Positions 39,201 through 52,563 of a stretch of 64,000 nt of DNA are shown in pieces. The position numbers and the translations under genes are program-made. The notes beneath the pieces were generated by a model. It worked only from the letters and a program-made list of their open reading frames with translations, did not search any database and was not told where the DNA came from. Source of the DNA: Lama glama (Eukaryota); assembly GCA_028534125.1 (NCBI GenBank), contig CM052816.1, positions 85,500,001-85,564,000 of the forward strand. Direction: 5' to 3'. Every line of letters starts with the position of its first letter. Within the stretch, counting starts at the first letter, position 1.

Positions 39201-41740
39201 GTAAGGGTGTTTGAAAAGGAAAGTGGAAGACACACTTGAAGCAAGCTGTAATCCAAATTGCTAGAGAATGTGTATTAACTCCAGTGACTTAAGCAGCTAA
39301 ATATGACCTCGCGAGATTGCCAGTTGATATGAATTAACCTGGATCTAACATTGGCCAACCCCAAATGGCATCCAAAGGTTAGAAATAGTTTGACACAGTG
39401 TAGAGGAAGGATATTAAGGCTATATACTGGTTTTTATGGTGTGTCTCCCAGGACCCATCTGAGAATGTCCTTGAAGTTTCTTCTCCCACGTATTGCAAAC
39501 AATAGATAACTGTATGGGATGTCAAATTATTTGGTGAAAAAATAAACTTTTTTGGGGGGGGGGCTCTCTCATAGTCAGAATTGTCTAGGACAGCATTACA
39601 ATTACAGTGGTCTCCTTGATCTCAGCAGTACTTTTGAGTACCAAATACTTGTGAGAAAAATGATGGCCCGACATATTGCATCCCAATTTTTCTAATTTTA
39701 TGACACATATCAAGATATTATTTGTATAATTGGTATAACATGCCATGGTAAGAAATAAATCTGCTATAATTAAGGAATACTGGCTAGAGGGCTCAATTAT
39801 ATCATGAGTCCCCGGTTGACTGACAAGGAACTGAAGGTGTCGGTATTATCACACACCAGCACCTATTTGGCACTTTACAGTATGTTTTATAACCAAGATT
39901 TTGAACCACAGATCTGCCCCACCTGCAGATGCTTAAAGGCCAGAGTAAACATGATGTCCATCACCATGATGACAAATAGGGAGGAGGTGACTGTCAGATT
40001 TCAAGAAAAGTCAAATATGCATAGTCTCTTCTGCCACTCATCAACGATGGAAATCTTGGAAAGAAAGACAAAAAGCTGTATGTTGTCTCTGCTTCATATA
40101 GGAATGATTCATACCAAACAAGGTTAGGTCCGGAAAAGGCCAGAATCGAGCCTTTAATCTAGAAACTTAGGTTATATTAAATTCTGAGACTAAGTCTCAG
40201 AGATACTAGACTGAATAAGTCGAGTTGACTTACAGGATCCTAATGTAGTATCATAATTTTGTGCTGTAAAGCTTCCTTCTTTAACGAACCTGTGGCATGT
40301 ACGTTGGGAACGACAGCCTAAGTAAAGAGGTATTCCTAAGCTTTCAGAAACTTTGCATCCGAGCTGTATAGAAATACCAATGACTCCCATTTATGACTGG
40401 TCTGTTTCCTTTGCTTACGGTATTCTTAGGTAAATCTAAATTTGTAATCTTAAGATTTCCCTGTTCATAAATCTTTTTTTTATATTTCTTGCTTTTAATG
40501 TCTTATTTAAAAACATGTCTTTCCTAAAGTTTATAGAAGTAATCTAATATTGTTTAAAATATTTATAGTTTTGCTTTTTATACTGAAGTTCAATCTACTG
40601 TCTATACTCTAAGGAAAACATCCAGTTGTATATTTTAAAAATTTGGAACCAGTTAATCTTTCTCTATTTCTTAAGTAACTGATCTTTTCTCTATTAACCA
40701 ATAGTGCTAGTTCTGACCAATATCTTATTTCCTCATGTAATTAGTCTGTTTCTAAGCACTGTACTGTTTCTCTTGTTTTATGTTTCTTACTTCTGTATCA
40801 ATACAACATTATCTTAATTAATTAGCTTTATTATAATCACTGACATCTGGAAGGAAAAGTCTCCCTCTTTGGTCCACTTTAGTTGTATATTGACAATTCT
40901 TAATTATTCACTTATTTATATATAGGCTAGAATTATTTTGCCAAATTCCACACAACACATGTTGAGTTTTTCATTAAAATGGTGTTGAATATAAATTTCA
41001 TTTGCGAAGGACTGACATGTTTACTACGCATGAACATGATTTATCTTTCAATAATTTAATACAATATTGTTCCATAAGATGTCATAATATAATTTTAAAA
41101 GTTTATGAATATAGTTTGTTAGAAATACTCTTAGGTACTTTGAACTTTTGTTAATGTTATAATCATATCTTTATTTAAATTATTGTTAATTGTTTTTTAC
41201 ATTTTACATTTGCATTACAGACATAAAATTGATTTTATGTATTTAATTTATGTTAAGCAGAACTTGTAAAAATCTCTCCTATTACTTCTAAGAATTTATC
41301 TTATAGTAATTCTTATAGTAATATAGAACATCTATTCCGAGATTTTATATTTTCAATCATAAATGTGTATTGGATTTTACCAAATGCTTTTTATTCAACT
41401 ATTAAGATAATTATATGAATTATCTTCCCCAGTATGTTAACATGGTGAATTAAATATGATTTTTAATATTACACTAATGTTCTTTGAGTAAATATTATCT
41501 GCTTATTATATATATATATATACCTCTGTTTGTATATATCTACATATTGTTGTCTTCCCCAGTTTATTTGGAAATTTTATTCTTTAGTGGCTACACTTGA
41601 AATTAAACATAGTTGATACTTTAAAAGTTAAGTAATTCAAAATTGGTACTGTCCTTCCTCCAAGTTAAGAGACCTTGAAAAGCCTTAAGTCTAATCATCT
41701 CCAACTACTTTGCTCATTTTTGTTACATACATTTCAGTGC

Positions 41741-41742
<2 letters not shown>

Positions 41743-41786
<44 letters not shown>
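41743..41786. repeat. (TTA)n microsatellite
   Basis: Direct observation; source of the poly-Tyr ORF 41675-41956. Confidence 0.97.
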
Positions 41787-42217
41787 TCAGTATTATTTTG
41801 TTTTATTGCCATTCTCCTGCCCAATTCCTCTTCCTCCTCATTATCATTATTTGCATAATTCTTGTACTAGTCAGTAAATATTTACTGAAACATATGTACT
41901 GTTTTTCCAATTTGTTTCTTTGTAATTTGTCACATTTCATTCTTGAAGTACGTTAATTCTTTCTGAAGTGTATTCCTCAGAATATCTTTGTTTCATGTTA
42001 TCTTGATTAAAAAAATGTTTTGGTTATTTACAATGTATTTTACCATTATTACTGAATAATAATTTTATGAATAGACAAATTGAGTTTGTCAGTGTTTTCT
42101 CTCAGCTTTTTAAAGTTGTTATTCCATTTTTTAAATCTTACATTATACTTTTGATAAACTTCTCTTCAGTCATATATTTTTTTTCTTGTGGTTAACCTTC
42201 CTTTTTTTCCTGGCTGC

Positions 42218-42662
42218 TGTTGGGGAGGACAACTTTTCTCTTCTTCCCTTCTACATTCTTTGGTTGGTCTAATAATTCAATTTACATGAGACAGATTAAC
42301 AGGAGAAAAATAAATTTTGTATGTTCAGAAGCCCCATGAAAACAGGAAACTCAAAATCAGTCAGGCACTGAGGCTTGTATGTCATCCTGAGTGAGAAGTG
42401 GGCAGCGTTCTGGGGCTTCACAGAAAAATAAGAGCAAGTGTTGGGTAAGCACATGTTTGCCCTGCCATGCAGATAAGTTTTTCTGATATAAAAATTTATC
42501 TCCAATAATCACTCTCTTCCTGGTACAGCCTCCTTATCTAAATTCTTTTAGGCAGTTAAAGGTAAAAAGCTCTCCCTGAGTCTTCACAGTCTTGCCTTCA
42601 ACTCAAAACAATCCACACGCCAAAGTGGCACAGTTTGGGGTGGCAGATTCTGTTCCTCTTCA
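42218..42662 (-). mobile_element. ERV1 solo LTR (MER4-group-like)
   Basis: TGTTGGGGAGG...CCTCTTCA termini, AGACAGATTAACAGGAGAAAA, GCCAAAGTGGCACAGTTTGGGGTGGCA. Confidence 0.82.
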
Positions 42663-44799
42663 ATGTTTTTAATAAAATCTTCCTTTACTTTGTATTGCTG
42701 CAGTTTTAGCTAGGATTTGTATATAAAATAAGTGATTTTTTATTTACTTTCTGATATATATTGTTCCTTTTAGCTGTGGGTTCATATCTGTTATCAGTTT
42801 GGGATGTTCTCAGAATATTCCGCTGACTGGCTGCTTCTTTTAGGCCTTTGTACCTATAGTCCGTCTCACTTAGTTATTCTTTCATACATCATATCTTCTT
42901 CTTTCCTCAAACTGTATTCTGGGTGATCTTTTTTGACTTTTTGTCAGCTTACAAAATATATATTCCTTTGTGACTAATTTGGTGCTTTACTCATCAATTG
43001 TTTTTATTCCTGATTTAAGAGTTTTTTTTATTTATTTCTTCTTCTTCCTGGTCACTGGGATCAGTCAAATGTGTTCATTTTGTCAATAAAATTTGTTAAT
43101 TCTTTACATGTTTCATACATGGTTACTTTACATTTTCTCTTTTTGAAAATGAATGCCTCTGAGAGCTTTAGTTTCCAACAAACTCCTCTGTGTTGATTAC
43201 CATACATAGAAGCCTGTGTTCTTTTGTGTTTGGTGAGTTTTTATCATTGGGTAATATTTGACTAAATTTCACATGTGGGAATACATACATATCTGTGTTG
43301 AGCATTTCCTTCTTACCCAGAGAGGATTTACAGTTGCTTCTCATAAGCACCAGGGATACTAACTGCCAGGAAGAATTTACTGTCAAAGACTAGGAATGCT
43401 CTATCCAATGACTAACGCTAATTTGTAAGTGGACTAGGTCTGTGGAGAAACTTGGGAAGTAAATGCGGGACAGACAAGGAAAGCTGTCATAAGTGTATTA
43501 AAAGGATACACTGAATCTATCTGCTTAAGCCTTTCCGGGTGCTGCTGGCCTACCACTCCTCCCACTAACAATGGTAAAGTCAATGTAGTAACTAATCATA
43601 TAATTTCATACAAATACTGTGTTGTACTTTTTATATATCAAGATTACTGGCTGGAATTAGCCAGGAATCGAAAATACAGCAAACTAATACTTCTCGGGTC
43701 CTGCCTTAGCAGATATGGGATTAGTGTACTTGTGGCATCGTGGCTGCTTTGATCACTGTCTCTACTTTCTGCAGCTGTCCCAGAGGGTGGGACATGGCCA
43801 GTGATGACTACAGTCTGCAATCGGCATTTGGAAGAGAAAGCAATGAAACATGTCCTAGTGTCTCGGGAACCCTGACAAAAGAGCTCTACAGACCCACAGT
43901 GAGGGGCATGTAGCCTCATCAAGGACAGACACTAAAAACCAGGAGTTTTCATGAAAAGATGAAAAGGTAATAAACCTTTTCACCAAGGCCGGTCTATTTG
44001 CTCTACGAAATGGCTGGTTTCCAGAAAGTCTCCCAATTTATCTAAGAGCACCTACGAAGAGTTCCTGTCGTCCTCTAAGAAAGAATAAGCTTCTCCAGTT
44101 AGAAAACAGAGAGAACTGGGAAACAAGTAAAAGGCCATGTTTGGTGGGGGGCTAGTAAAAAAGGCACTCTTGAGGGTTTTGGCATGACTTCACCCAAATG
44201 AAAAAGACTATAGTGGTTATAGGAATCCAGCAGATTCTGTCTGTGAGCTCTGTCCAAGCAATCTCAGAAATGAGAGGGGAAAAACCAAAAAATCAGCCAC
44301 AATAAAAATCACCTAGAAGCTCTCTTGGTTTTAGTAGAAATTATCTAAGCAAGTAAGGAGCCTTGTGAGGACAGGAAGAAGGGACATTCTCACTTTACCC
44401 AGTAACTAAGAGATAGTCACTATTTCTGAAATAGCCTTACAAGGTCTTAAAAATTTCAGTAAATTTTTAAAGTTCACACATGTAGAGTGTGAAAGGCAGA
44501 CTTCAAAAGTGACCAAGAGCTTTAGAGTATATTTTCATAATCATGTAAGTTTCACTGTATCCCATGAAAACTCTCTGACATGACCTAAATTATAGCGCCA
44601 ATGTAATTAATATACATAAAAATAAATATTCTACTTAATTAAACCTAACTTGAGGTGAGATAATAAAATAGTTTTAAAAGCTCACCAAAGATTATCTTTC
44701 TCTGTTTATATTACAAATATCATTTTAAGTATCAATTTATCAAGTAAGTATATGAAATAGTGCTTCTCAGGGTCAATAGGTTTCTTAAAATGCAGAACA

Positions 44800-44915
44800 C
44801 CTTTTTACTACAACCATTCATGAGGGCTCCACCCATGACCTCGTCTTCCTCTAATTACTTCCTAAAGGTCCACCACCTAATATTATCTCATCTGGAATAA
44901 GGTTTAATATTTTTA
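44800..44915 (-). mobile_element. MLT1A/MST-type LTR fragment
   Basis: CCATTCATGAGGGCTCCACCCATGACC...CCTAAAGGTCCACCACCTAATA. Confidence 0.7.
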
Positions 44916-45333
44916 GATAAGCAGCATCTAATCCACTTGTACCATTTAAAGTATTGGCATTTATAAGAAAATGAGAAAATTTAGCAATTGTAGATAATAG
45001 TTTGAAGATATATCTTGTTTACAGAATGTACTTGGCTTTTTGACAGTCTAAAGAATCCATGGCAACAGTAAAAGATCAGCACTGATAACTCATGAAACTG
45101 TGTGAAATTAATGAATTCTCTAAGCTTTGATTTTTGATCAGGGGGATAATGTAGGAATTTTGTAACATAAGAAATAACCATAAGCTGTGTGATTCCTAAA
45201 TTCTTCACTGCATCATTGACACTGGCTACCCAAAATAGCCAGAACAAGGGACACACATAGTTTTAACCAAACTTCATTACACCTGATAGGTGCTATACTA
45301 GTAAATACCTTTTAAAATGTTGCTATTATTGAT

Positions 45334-45365
45334 CACACACACACACACACATACACACATACACA
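45334..45365. repeat. (CA)n microsatellite, imperfect
   Basis: Direct observation. Confidence 0.9.
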
Positions 45366-46064
45366 TTTGTATAGCCATTAGTATGTGTCATGTAATCATT
45401 TAGTGAATAACTCAGACATAGAATACATCTATTCTCAAACTGACATTTTACCCAAAAGGCTCCAATGATTTTTATTTCAATATTATGGTATTCTGCCTTT
45501 AATTCCCTTATCTTCATATTCCTATGTAATATCAGTGATTATTGCAGAATAAAAGTGACATAAGCCTAATGCTTATGTTTAGATTATGCTTTTTTAGAAC
45601 AGCATAATAGTACTGTACTCACGGATACAGGAAACTGTTAAATTTTAATCCTTAAAGGTTTTTAATAGGAAAATTAATGCAAGTTACATAAGATAAGTGG
45701 CTATCAATCCTTTCATCTCTATTTATGGCAGAAAATGATCTCAAATCTGTTGACATTTCAGTATCTCAGACTCCAAGTGATTTTGGAAGCTGAAAACCAA
45801 AATAGAGCATTATTTACATTCATAATTTGCCTGCTTTTGAGGAAAATGACATCTGTGCAATTTTCTCCTTCCAAATCACATTAATTTCCACATAGGCTGA
45901 ATTTAGAGCTGGTAAAGGAGTGGTAAACCACTCCTACCATGTCACAAATAAACTAACAACATTACAGAATAGACATTTATATTCTAGTAGATATACTCTT
46001 CAGAAATAAGCATAGATTAATATTTTATACTATAAATATGTCAATTTCATAATAAAATTCTTTA

Positions 46065-47030
46065 ATTTTTTAGTTAAAAATAATGCAATTCCCTTTTTTG
46101 GTAGGTGTCCAATTCTGAGTTTTAACACTCCAATCACCATAACCAGGGTACAAGAAAAGTCCATCATCGAAAAATTCCCTCATGCTGCCCCTTTGTAGTC
46201 AAACCCTTTCCTCATCTCTAACCCCTTACAACACTGATCTTTTTTTAATCTTTATAGAATTGTACTTTCCAGAAATTTATAAAATTGGAACCATATTGTA
46301 TTTAATCTTTTAAGATTAGCTACTTTAACTTAATATAATGTAATTTGTATTTCTTCCATGTCATTGGCTAAGCTCATATTTTGTTCCTTTTTTATTACTG
46401 AATAGTATCCCATTGAATGGATGTTTAATGGATATACAGTTTGTTTATCTATTGAAAATGGATAATTGATAATAATAATGTCTTGAAGGACATTTAGTCT
46501 ATTTCCAGTTTTTGGTGGTTTTAATAATAGTTCAATGAACATTAATATACAGGTTTTTGCATGACATCATTTTTATTTCTCTAGGTAGGATTTCTGAGTC
46601 ATATGTAAGTATATAGTTGATTTTATAAAAAACTGACAAACTGATTTTCAATCTGACTGTATCATTTTCCATTCTGACCAAAAATGTATAAAATATAGTT
46701 GCTTTACATCCTTACTAGCATTTGGTAACATTCTGTATTGTCAGATTTTGTTTTGTTTTAGCCATTCTAATAAGCAAATAGTAGTATCTCATGGTGGTTT
46801 TAAGTTATATTTCCCTAATCATTAATGATTTTGCCTACATTTTTATGTACTTATTTGGAATCCATTCATTTTTCTTGCTGATAGTCAAAATTTTTTGCTT
46901 ACATTTTAATTGCTTTTTATTCTTAGATTGCATTTTGAGAGTTCTTACATGTTCTGAACACAAGTCCTTTGCTAGATGTGAGATATACAAATGTTTTCTC
47001 CAAGTCTGTAGCTTATACTTTTATTTAGCT
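46065..47030 (-). mobile_element. L1MC-type 3' region
   Basis: CCCTCATGCTGCCCCTTTGTAGTCAAACCC, TTTATTACTGAATAGTATCCCATTG, TTTAGCCATTCTAATA, GTATCTCATGGTGGTTTTAA. Confidence 0.88.
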
Positions 47031-48478
47031 TTTTCATCATATGATGCATATGTATTAAGATTGATAAGAATATTTATAGCCAATGAAGTTATAATCTATT
47101 TTGCTGTAGATGAAGCTGTTTTATTCATGTAAATCCAAATGGCTACAGGTTCTTTACCAGGAGAGTTGCTTGTAGGTTTGAATTTTGCATTTACTTTAGA
47201 AGTTGTGTGAATAAAGTTTAATTAGCTTAATCTAATTTAGTCTTAGTTAATCTATACACAAAATGGAATAATAATAGTTACTAAATTATGAGGCTATTGT
47301 AATAATGTATGGAAAGACATTTAGCACAATGCATAGCCTATAATGATTTGTGACTTAAATATTAATAGTGAACTTTAAAAAAAACTTCATGAAAATATAT
47401 GAACGATTAATTTTCTGACTTTTCCACATATTTTAAAATATTTTCAGGTTGCTATTTTTTGTTACATTATTCTATTTTTGTTATAATGTTTCTTGATATT
47501 TTACTCCAATACAAAATATTATATCTGGTAAACTAGTATTAAGTATGAATCATTATATCAGTTAAATCCTATAGTCACAACCTGTGTACAGCTTCATTTT
47601 ACATCTTGGGAATTGTAAGTTTACTCAGTAATTTCCACTTTTCTTCTTATGTTTTTAATTCACCTCCTATGTTTTAAATACTGATAGTCCTATTACTACT
47701 CTTAGTTCCTACAACTCAAATATAAACAATATTCCTTTCCTTTGGATTTTATATTTCTTATAATAATTACATAATGATATATATTTCTCATTCTCCTTCC
47801 CTTGTCTTTATACTATTTTTTCATAATGAGCAATGTATCTTTTATTCCACAAAATGATTCCTAGTTTCCTAGAGTGAAGGGTGCTATATTTTCAAGCTTC
47901 TCAGAATTACAAAGGAGATGCAGGTGGGCTGGAAAAGGATTCCTCCTGATACTATGGTATGTTATCTGCTGAGGAGTGGTTTCTAGATATGGGTAATTCT
48001 GAACATCGTATTTCAATGTTCACTATTTTATATATCAAAATGAATAAAAACTCTTCTTTCCAGATACTTAAAATTGGCAAAGCAGTCTATTATATTGGGT
48101 CTTAAAGGGTAAAAAGCAAAAGATAAAGGTGGTTTTACCCTCTTGTTCTAAAGATTTCCAATTGTTTATTTTCTATGAGTTTGCTTCAATATCGAAGTGG
48201 CTACGAATGGATTAAGTTTATGTCATCTCTGAAGCTCTGACTTGTTGGGTCCTGTTTTAAATTGTGTGGATTGGTTTTGAGAAATAAGGGGTAAATTTTT
48301 GAACTGAAAAGATCACGTGCACAAGCCAGAAAGCACATTTCTTGTTTGTGGATCTGGTCTCTGATAGAGCTTTCCCGCTCTCCACTCCCTCATCATCTGT
48401 CTACCAGAACTATATTGGGTGATAACTGATTCCTGAAAACTTTCTATATTGACTCTGCTTTCCTTCTAATTCAAGTGA

Positions 48479-49500
48479 TGTAGTTTTGGTTCTCCATAAG
48501 CAGACACTGAAATGGAGTTAGAATTGCAAAAAGTGTGGAGCCAGCTGGTGCTCTCTGGGAATGTGGAACCAGATGGTGCTCTCTGAAGTTCATAACCTCC
48601 CCCCTACTCCTGAGCAATCCATGTACCTGGAGCCTATTGACACCTCAATCCTCACTCCCTAATGCAGGATGCTATGCATACCTGCATTTCTGCAAGGTAG
48701 AAAACATAAAAGATACAACATAAAAATATCCCTTGATGTGTGTTTACCCTAACAAAACTAACCACCCTAGGAAATAGCCCATTTCACAATTAAACAATTA
48801 CCCTAGGCAGACAGGCCTCACATCCTGCCCTTATCACAATCATAAAACCTATTGTTCAGAGAAGTCCCTGACAGATCTTACAACCAATCAAGTATCTGTG
48901 CACGAATTGATCATGTAGCCCCCTACTCCTTGTGTTCAGCCCCTTCTCCCCAGTAAAAGACCCTGCACCCCCGCCTCAGCGCTCACACAGGCACCTCTCA
49001 TCTGGGTGGCTTGCTGTTGCCTGTAGCAGTGTATCTATTAAACCTTCCCTTTGTTCTTAAATCCTCGTGGTCTCTGGTAAACGTTTTTTACTGCTCACAA
49101 CTGCCCCGCTACGTCCCAAACAAAAGGTATATCGGGGAGTAACACTTTTGAAAGAAAGAAAGGGAAACAGGTAGGACTGGGAAGGGCAAACAATCAGACA
49201 TGAAGATTTCATATGATGAAGTCCAAGTCAGTACAATAAATATTTCTCAGAAGAAATATTGCCTGTTAAAATGGGTCTCTTCATTGGATGGAAATGATCA
49301 AATCTTTTTACTGCTTCCTTGGTCAGCCATTGATGGGGCACCTCCTCTCTAAGAGCACAGCTGCTGTTCAAAAGTATAACTGGACCCTGAAAGTCCTAAG
49401 CGTTGACCCTAAAAATCCTAAACATTGGAGACTTTCAACCAACTCACACATTTCAGTTGGAGAGAGAGTCCTTCTGCTAGGTAGTTAGATAAGTGGCAGC
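48479..49500. mobile_element. LTR16-like ERVL LTR, host of a nested LTR
   Basis: AAGCAGACACTGAAATGGAGTTAGAATTGCAA before the insert; GGGGAGTAACAC...GGACTGGGAAGGG...CAATCAGAC after it. Confidence 0.6.
48534..49122 (+). mobile_element. ERV solo LTR (family A, copy 2)
   Basis: TGTGGAGCC...CCCAAACA termini, AAAG direct repeat at 48530-48533 and 49123-49126; homologous to 31395-31889. Confidence 0.85.
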
Positions 49501-49801
49501 ACTGGGCAGATAGGTGGAGGAGTGGGAGGAAGATCTGGAAGATGCTGGTGTGCTCGCCTCCAACGTAGAAGAATTTACTTCTTCTAAATGAATACCAACA
49601 AGAAACTGGTTAGAACCCGACAGCCCCCACTGTGTAGCAGCAGAAAGGACTTAACTGGACATGACCCAATGTTCATTGTATTATAATTAGTATTGCAGTT
49701 TGGGCCCCCTCCCATAGGTTTTTCTGTGTACACCATGGGTAAGAGCACGTGCAAAGGAGATGAGAATGCCTAAGCACTCAAGAGATGTGAACTGTCAATC
49801 A

Positions 49802-49803
<2 letters not shown>

Positions 49804-49841
<38 letters not shown>

Positions 49842-49931
49842 TCTCTGTGTGTGTTAGTGGAGGCACTAGAGATTGAACCCAGGATCTCATGCATGCTAAG
49901 CACATTCTCTACCATTAAACTATACTTCCCC
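49804..49931 (-). mobile_element. Vic-1-like camelid tRNA-derived SINE with (CA)n tail
   Basis: Minus strand GGGGAAGTATAGTTTAATGGTAGAGAATGTGCTTAGCATGCATGAGATCCTGGGTTCAATCTC with A/B-box-like motifs (49857-49931), followed by a CA repeat. Confidence 0.85.
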
Positions 49932-49939
49932 TGCAAATG

Positions 49940-51155
49940 GAGAATTTGTATTCTATATGTATGCTGGAAGAGTCAATATTGTCAAGAGAGCAATTCTATG
50001 CAACTTTGTATTAAATTTAACATATTCCCTTTCAAAATCCCAGCCGACATTTTTGTAGATATTGACAAATCAAAACTAACATTTATACAGATTTGGGTAG
50101 GAATTACATAAAGACACAGTAATCCTTATACTGTAGCTTTGATGCAAGAAAAGATATATAGATCAATCAAACAGAACTTAGCGTCCAGAAATAACCTTTA
50201 CATTTATAGTTACATCAATTTGTCAAAGGTATGAAGACAAATGAGGAAAGGATATTCTCAAAACTGTGTCAAGATGGGCATTCACATGCACAATAAATTA
50301 ATTTAGACAGTTAACACTGTACGTAAAAATTAACATAAAAAGAGTCATAAACCTAAATATAAAATATCTAAAAGAGTACCTAGGAGAAAATCTTCACGAC
50401 TATGGGTTAGGCAGAGAAATCTTAGATAAATCACCAAAAGCATGATCCTTTTAGGGAAAAAAATAATAAACTCGACCTTGTCAAAATTAAAAACTCCTTC
50501 CACTTCAATAGAAGCTCAGGAAAAAAACCCCAAAACGAACAGCGTGAGAGCTGTGAGTTCAGTTTTATCTGGGTACTTACTGGGAGTACAGCCCAAGAGA
50601 CAGCCTCTCAGACAGCAGTAAGGAATGGTCCCAGGAAGCAAGGGGGATGTGAGTATACGTGATTTTTGTAAAGGGTATATGTGCAGTCAAAGTACCCATT
50701 TCAGTAGAAAGTTGCTGCTAGTCGCAAGGGGCATATGTCTCTGTTAATGATTTTAGTGCTTTTCTAGATAAGAGAAGAGTCAAGAAATTCGGTTTATAAA
50801 ATTTTCTCCTGAAAAGATCTAACTATCTGAAGGCCTGGTCTGCCAGTTTTTCCCAGAACACAGAGCACCTCATTCCTGATCTCCACCCTAAATTCTTTTC
50901 AGGATGTGTTGGAAGTCAGTGACTGCAGTGGCTAATGATCTAATTCTTGTAAATCCTGATTGCAAGTGACATTCTTTAGTTGGTAACACCTTATAAAAAT
51001 GAAAAGATAAGCCACAGATGAGGGAGAAATATTTATAAAATGTATATCTGATAAAGAGAATATATTCAGAATATAAAAAGAACTGCTCCAATTCAATAAT
51101 TTGATGCTAAATAAACCAATTAAAACTGGGTGAACGATTGAACAGACATTTCACA
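49940..51155 (+). mobile_element. Old L1M ORF2 3' portion, interrupted by an LTR
   Basis: TTCAAAATCCCAGC, GGAGAAAATCTTCACGACTATGGGTTAGGCA, TATCTGATAAAG, GAACAGACATTTCAC. Confidence 0.85.
50505..50988 (-). mobile_element. ERV1 solo LTR
   Basis: GTGAGAGCTGTGAGTTCAGTTTTAT, GACAGCCTCTCAGA (shared with the 30076 LTR), CTAACTATCTGAAGGCCTG, CAGTGACTGCAGTGGCTAATGA. Confidence 0.82.
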
Positions 51156-52034
51156 TTAGGATAGTTTTTACCTAAATCTGTTTTTATACATAGCAAACGT
51201 AATTAACTTTATTTCTCCTGACATTTATTTTGTTTTCTTTAATACTTAAGTGTATTCTGTTGATATTTAATAAAACACATTTCTTGAGTATTTCTATAAT
51301 CAAACATCATGCTTTTTAGTTTGCATATATAATACTAGTTACAGTGCATTGCTACATGGCTGTCTTATGTAGCTCTTCAGACTACAAAATGTTACACGAC
51401 TTGATTATTTACATAAAGTACACTGTAAATTTTAAATGTAAAGATGAAAAGAAAGCATGATATTTGCTTATAATGCATTATAACAATTATTGAAAATATT
51501 TAATCTCATGTAGGTGGCTTCTCAGAGCACATTTCTCTTAAAAATATCTCCTGAATTTTTATTCTGATTTTATTATAAGAGATTTTCATTGTTAATGTAC
51601 ATCTAAATAATTATTTTATAAGTGAAGAAGGCTATATTTTTCTAACATATTTGAAAGCATACATCATGAATATACATACAGATGACAGAAATATTTAAAA
51701 ATATTTTTCTGAAGTCAGTTCATAGTTTATACTTTTTTTTAATGCAGGTAAATGATTGAACTTAAAGAAGGATCATTTTGAACATGTATTTGTTACCATG
51801 GACATATTCTGAGAACTTCTGTGGTATAACAGGCAAATCACTATTGAATGTAAATTAGTGAGAAAGTTATAGAAACAACATTTGTTAATGAAAAAAAATG
51901 TTAAAGAGAGAGAAAGCTTTATTAGCTGCATCTGTTCCCCAGTGACATGGGCTGCTGTTCGTGGCAACTTTCCAATGCTTGAGGTAATAAAAGAAAAAAT
52001 TCTGTATAATCATCTTTGAAAATGGTGTAGGACA

Positions 52035-52563
52035 GAGGCCCAGAACTCAAATGTGTACAGAGGTTAGCATGGTGGTATAAATGAATGAATCAAGCCAGAT
52101 GCAAATTTAATTTTTCAAGAATTATGAAGCTGATTGATTTTCTTGCAATGTCTGGATTTCATTGAGTCATGAATACAGAAAACGTGCTACTTCCTCCTTT
52201 GACTCTTTCATGAGAAAAGCGACAAAGGAAGTCTTGGTGATTAAGAGCTGCTGACACTGGGCCTGAATATCAAAACATCAGTGGAGAGGAGTGGACACTA
52301 GTAAACTAAAAAATGCTGTAAACTAGCTAAATTCAGCTCTACCAGACTGTTGCAAAGCGGTAGATATGTAATCTTTCTGGGGTTTTGTTCCTGTTTTTGG
52401 AGAAGAGTACATATTGCAAATATTATGTGATATTGCATATTTGAACACAACATAATTAAAGCATACACACACACACACACACATGTAGACCACTACTGCC
52501 TTGGCCAAATAAAACCTCAATTTGGGCAATACAGAGCACGTGAGTTACCAATTTGCAAACTCT
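52035..52563. mobile_element. MER102-like hAT-Charlie element
   Basis: AACTCAAATGTGTACAGAGG...TATAAATGAATGAA start and GGCCAAATAAAAC...CCAATTTGCAAACTCT end. Confidence 0.6.

Larger units (their letters stand above)
40400..43385 (-). mobile_element. Ancient L1ME-type element (decayed), with nested LTR and (TTA)n
   Basis: T-rich antisense L1 motifs, e.g. TAGCTTTATTATAATCACTGACATCTGG, GTATTGGATTTTACCAAATGCTTTTT, CCAGAGAGGATTTACAGTTGCTTCT. Confidence 0.7.

Noticed and set aside
41675..41956. Poly-tyrosine membrane protein ORF
   Set aside because: Translation of a (TTA)n microsatellite within a decayed L1.
31395..49122. A 17-kb provirus bounded by two LTRs
   Set aside because: Each LTR has its own TSD, the copies are clearly diverged, and the interior is L1/LTR debris with no PBS or gag-pol-env.
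49803..50111. CV-repeat ORF or functional tRNA gene
   Set aside because: (TG)n tail plus a decayed tRNA-derived SINE and L1 sequence; no intact cloverleaf.
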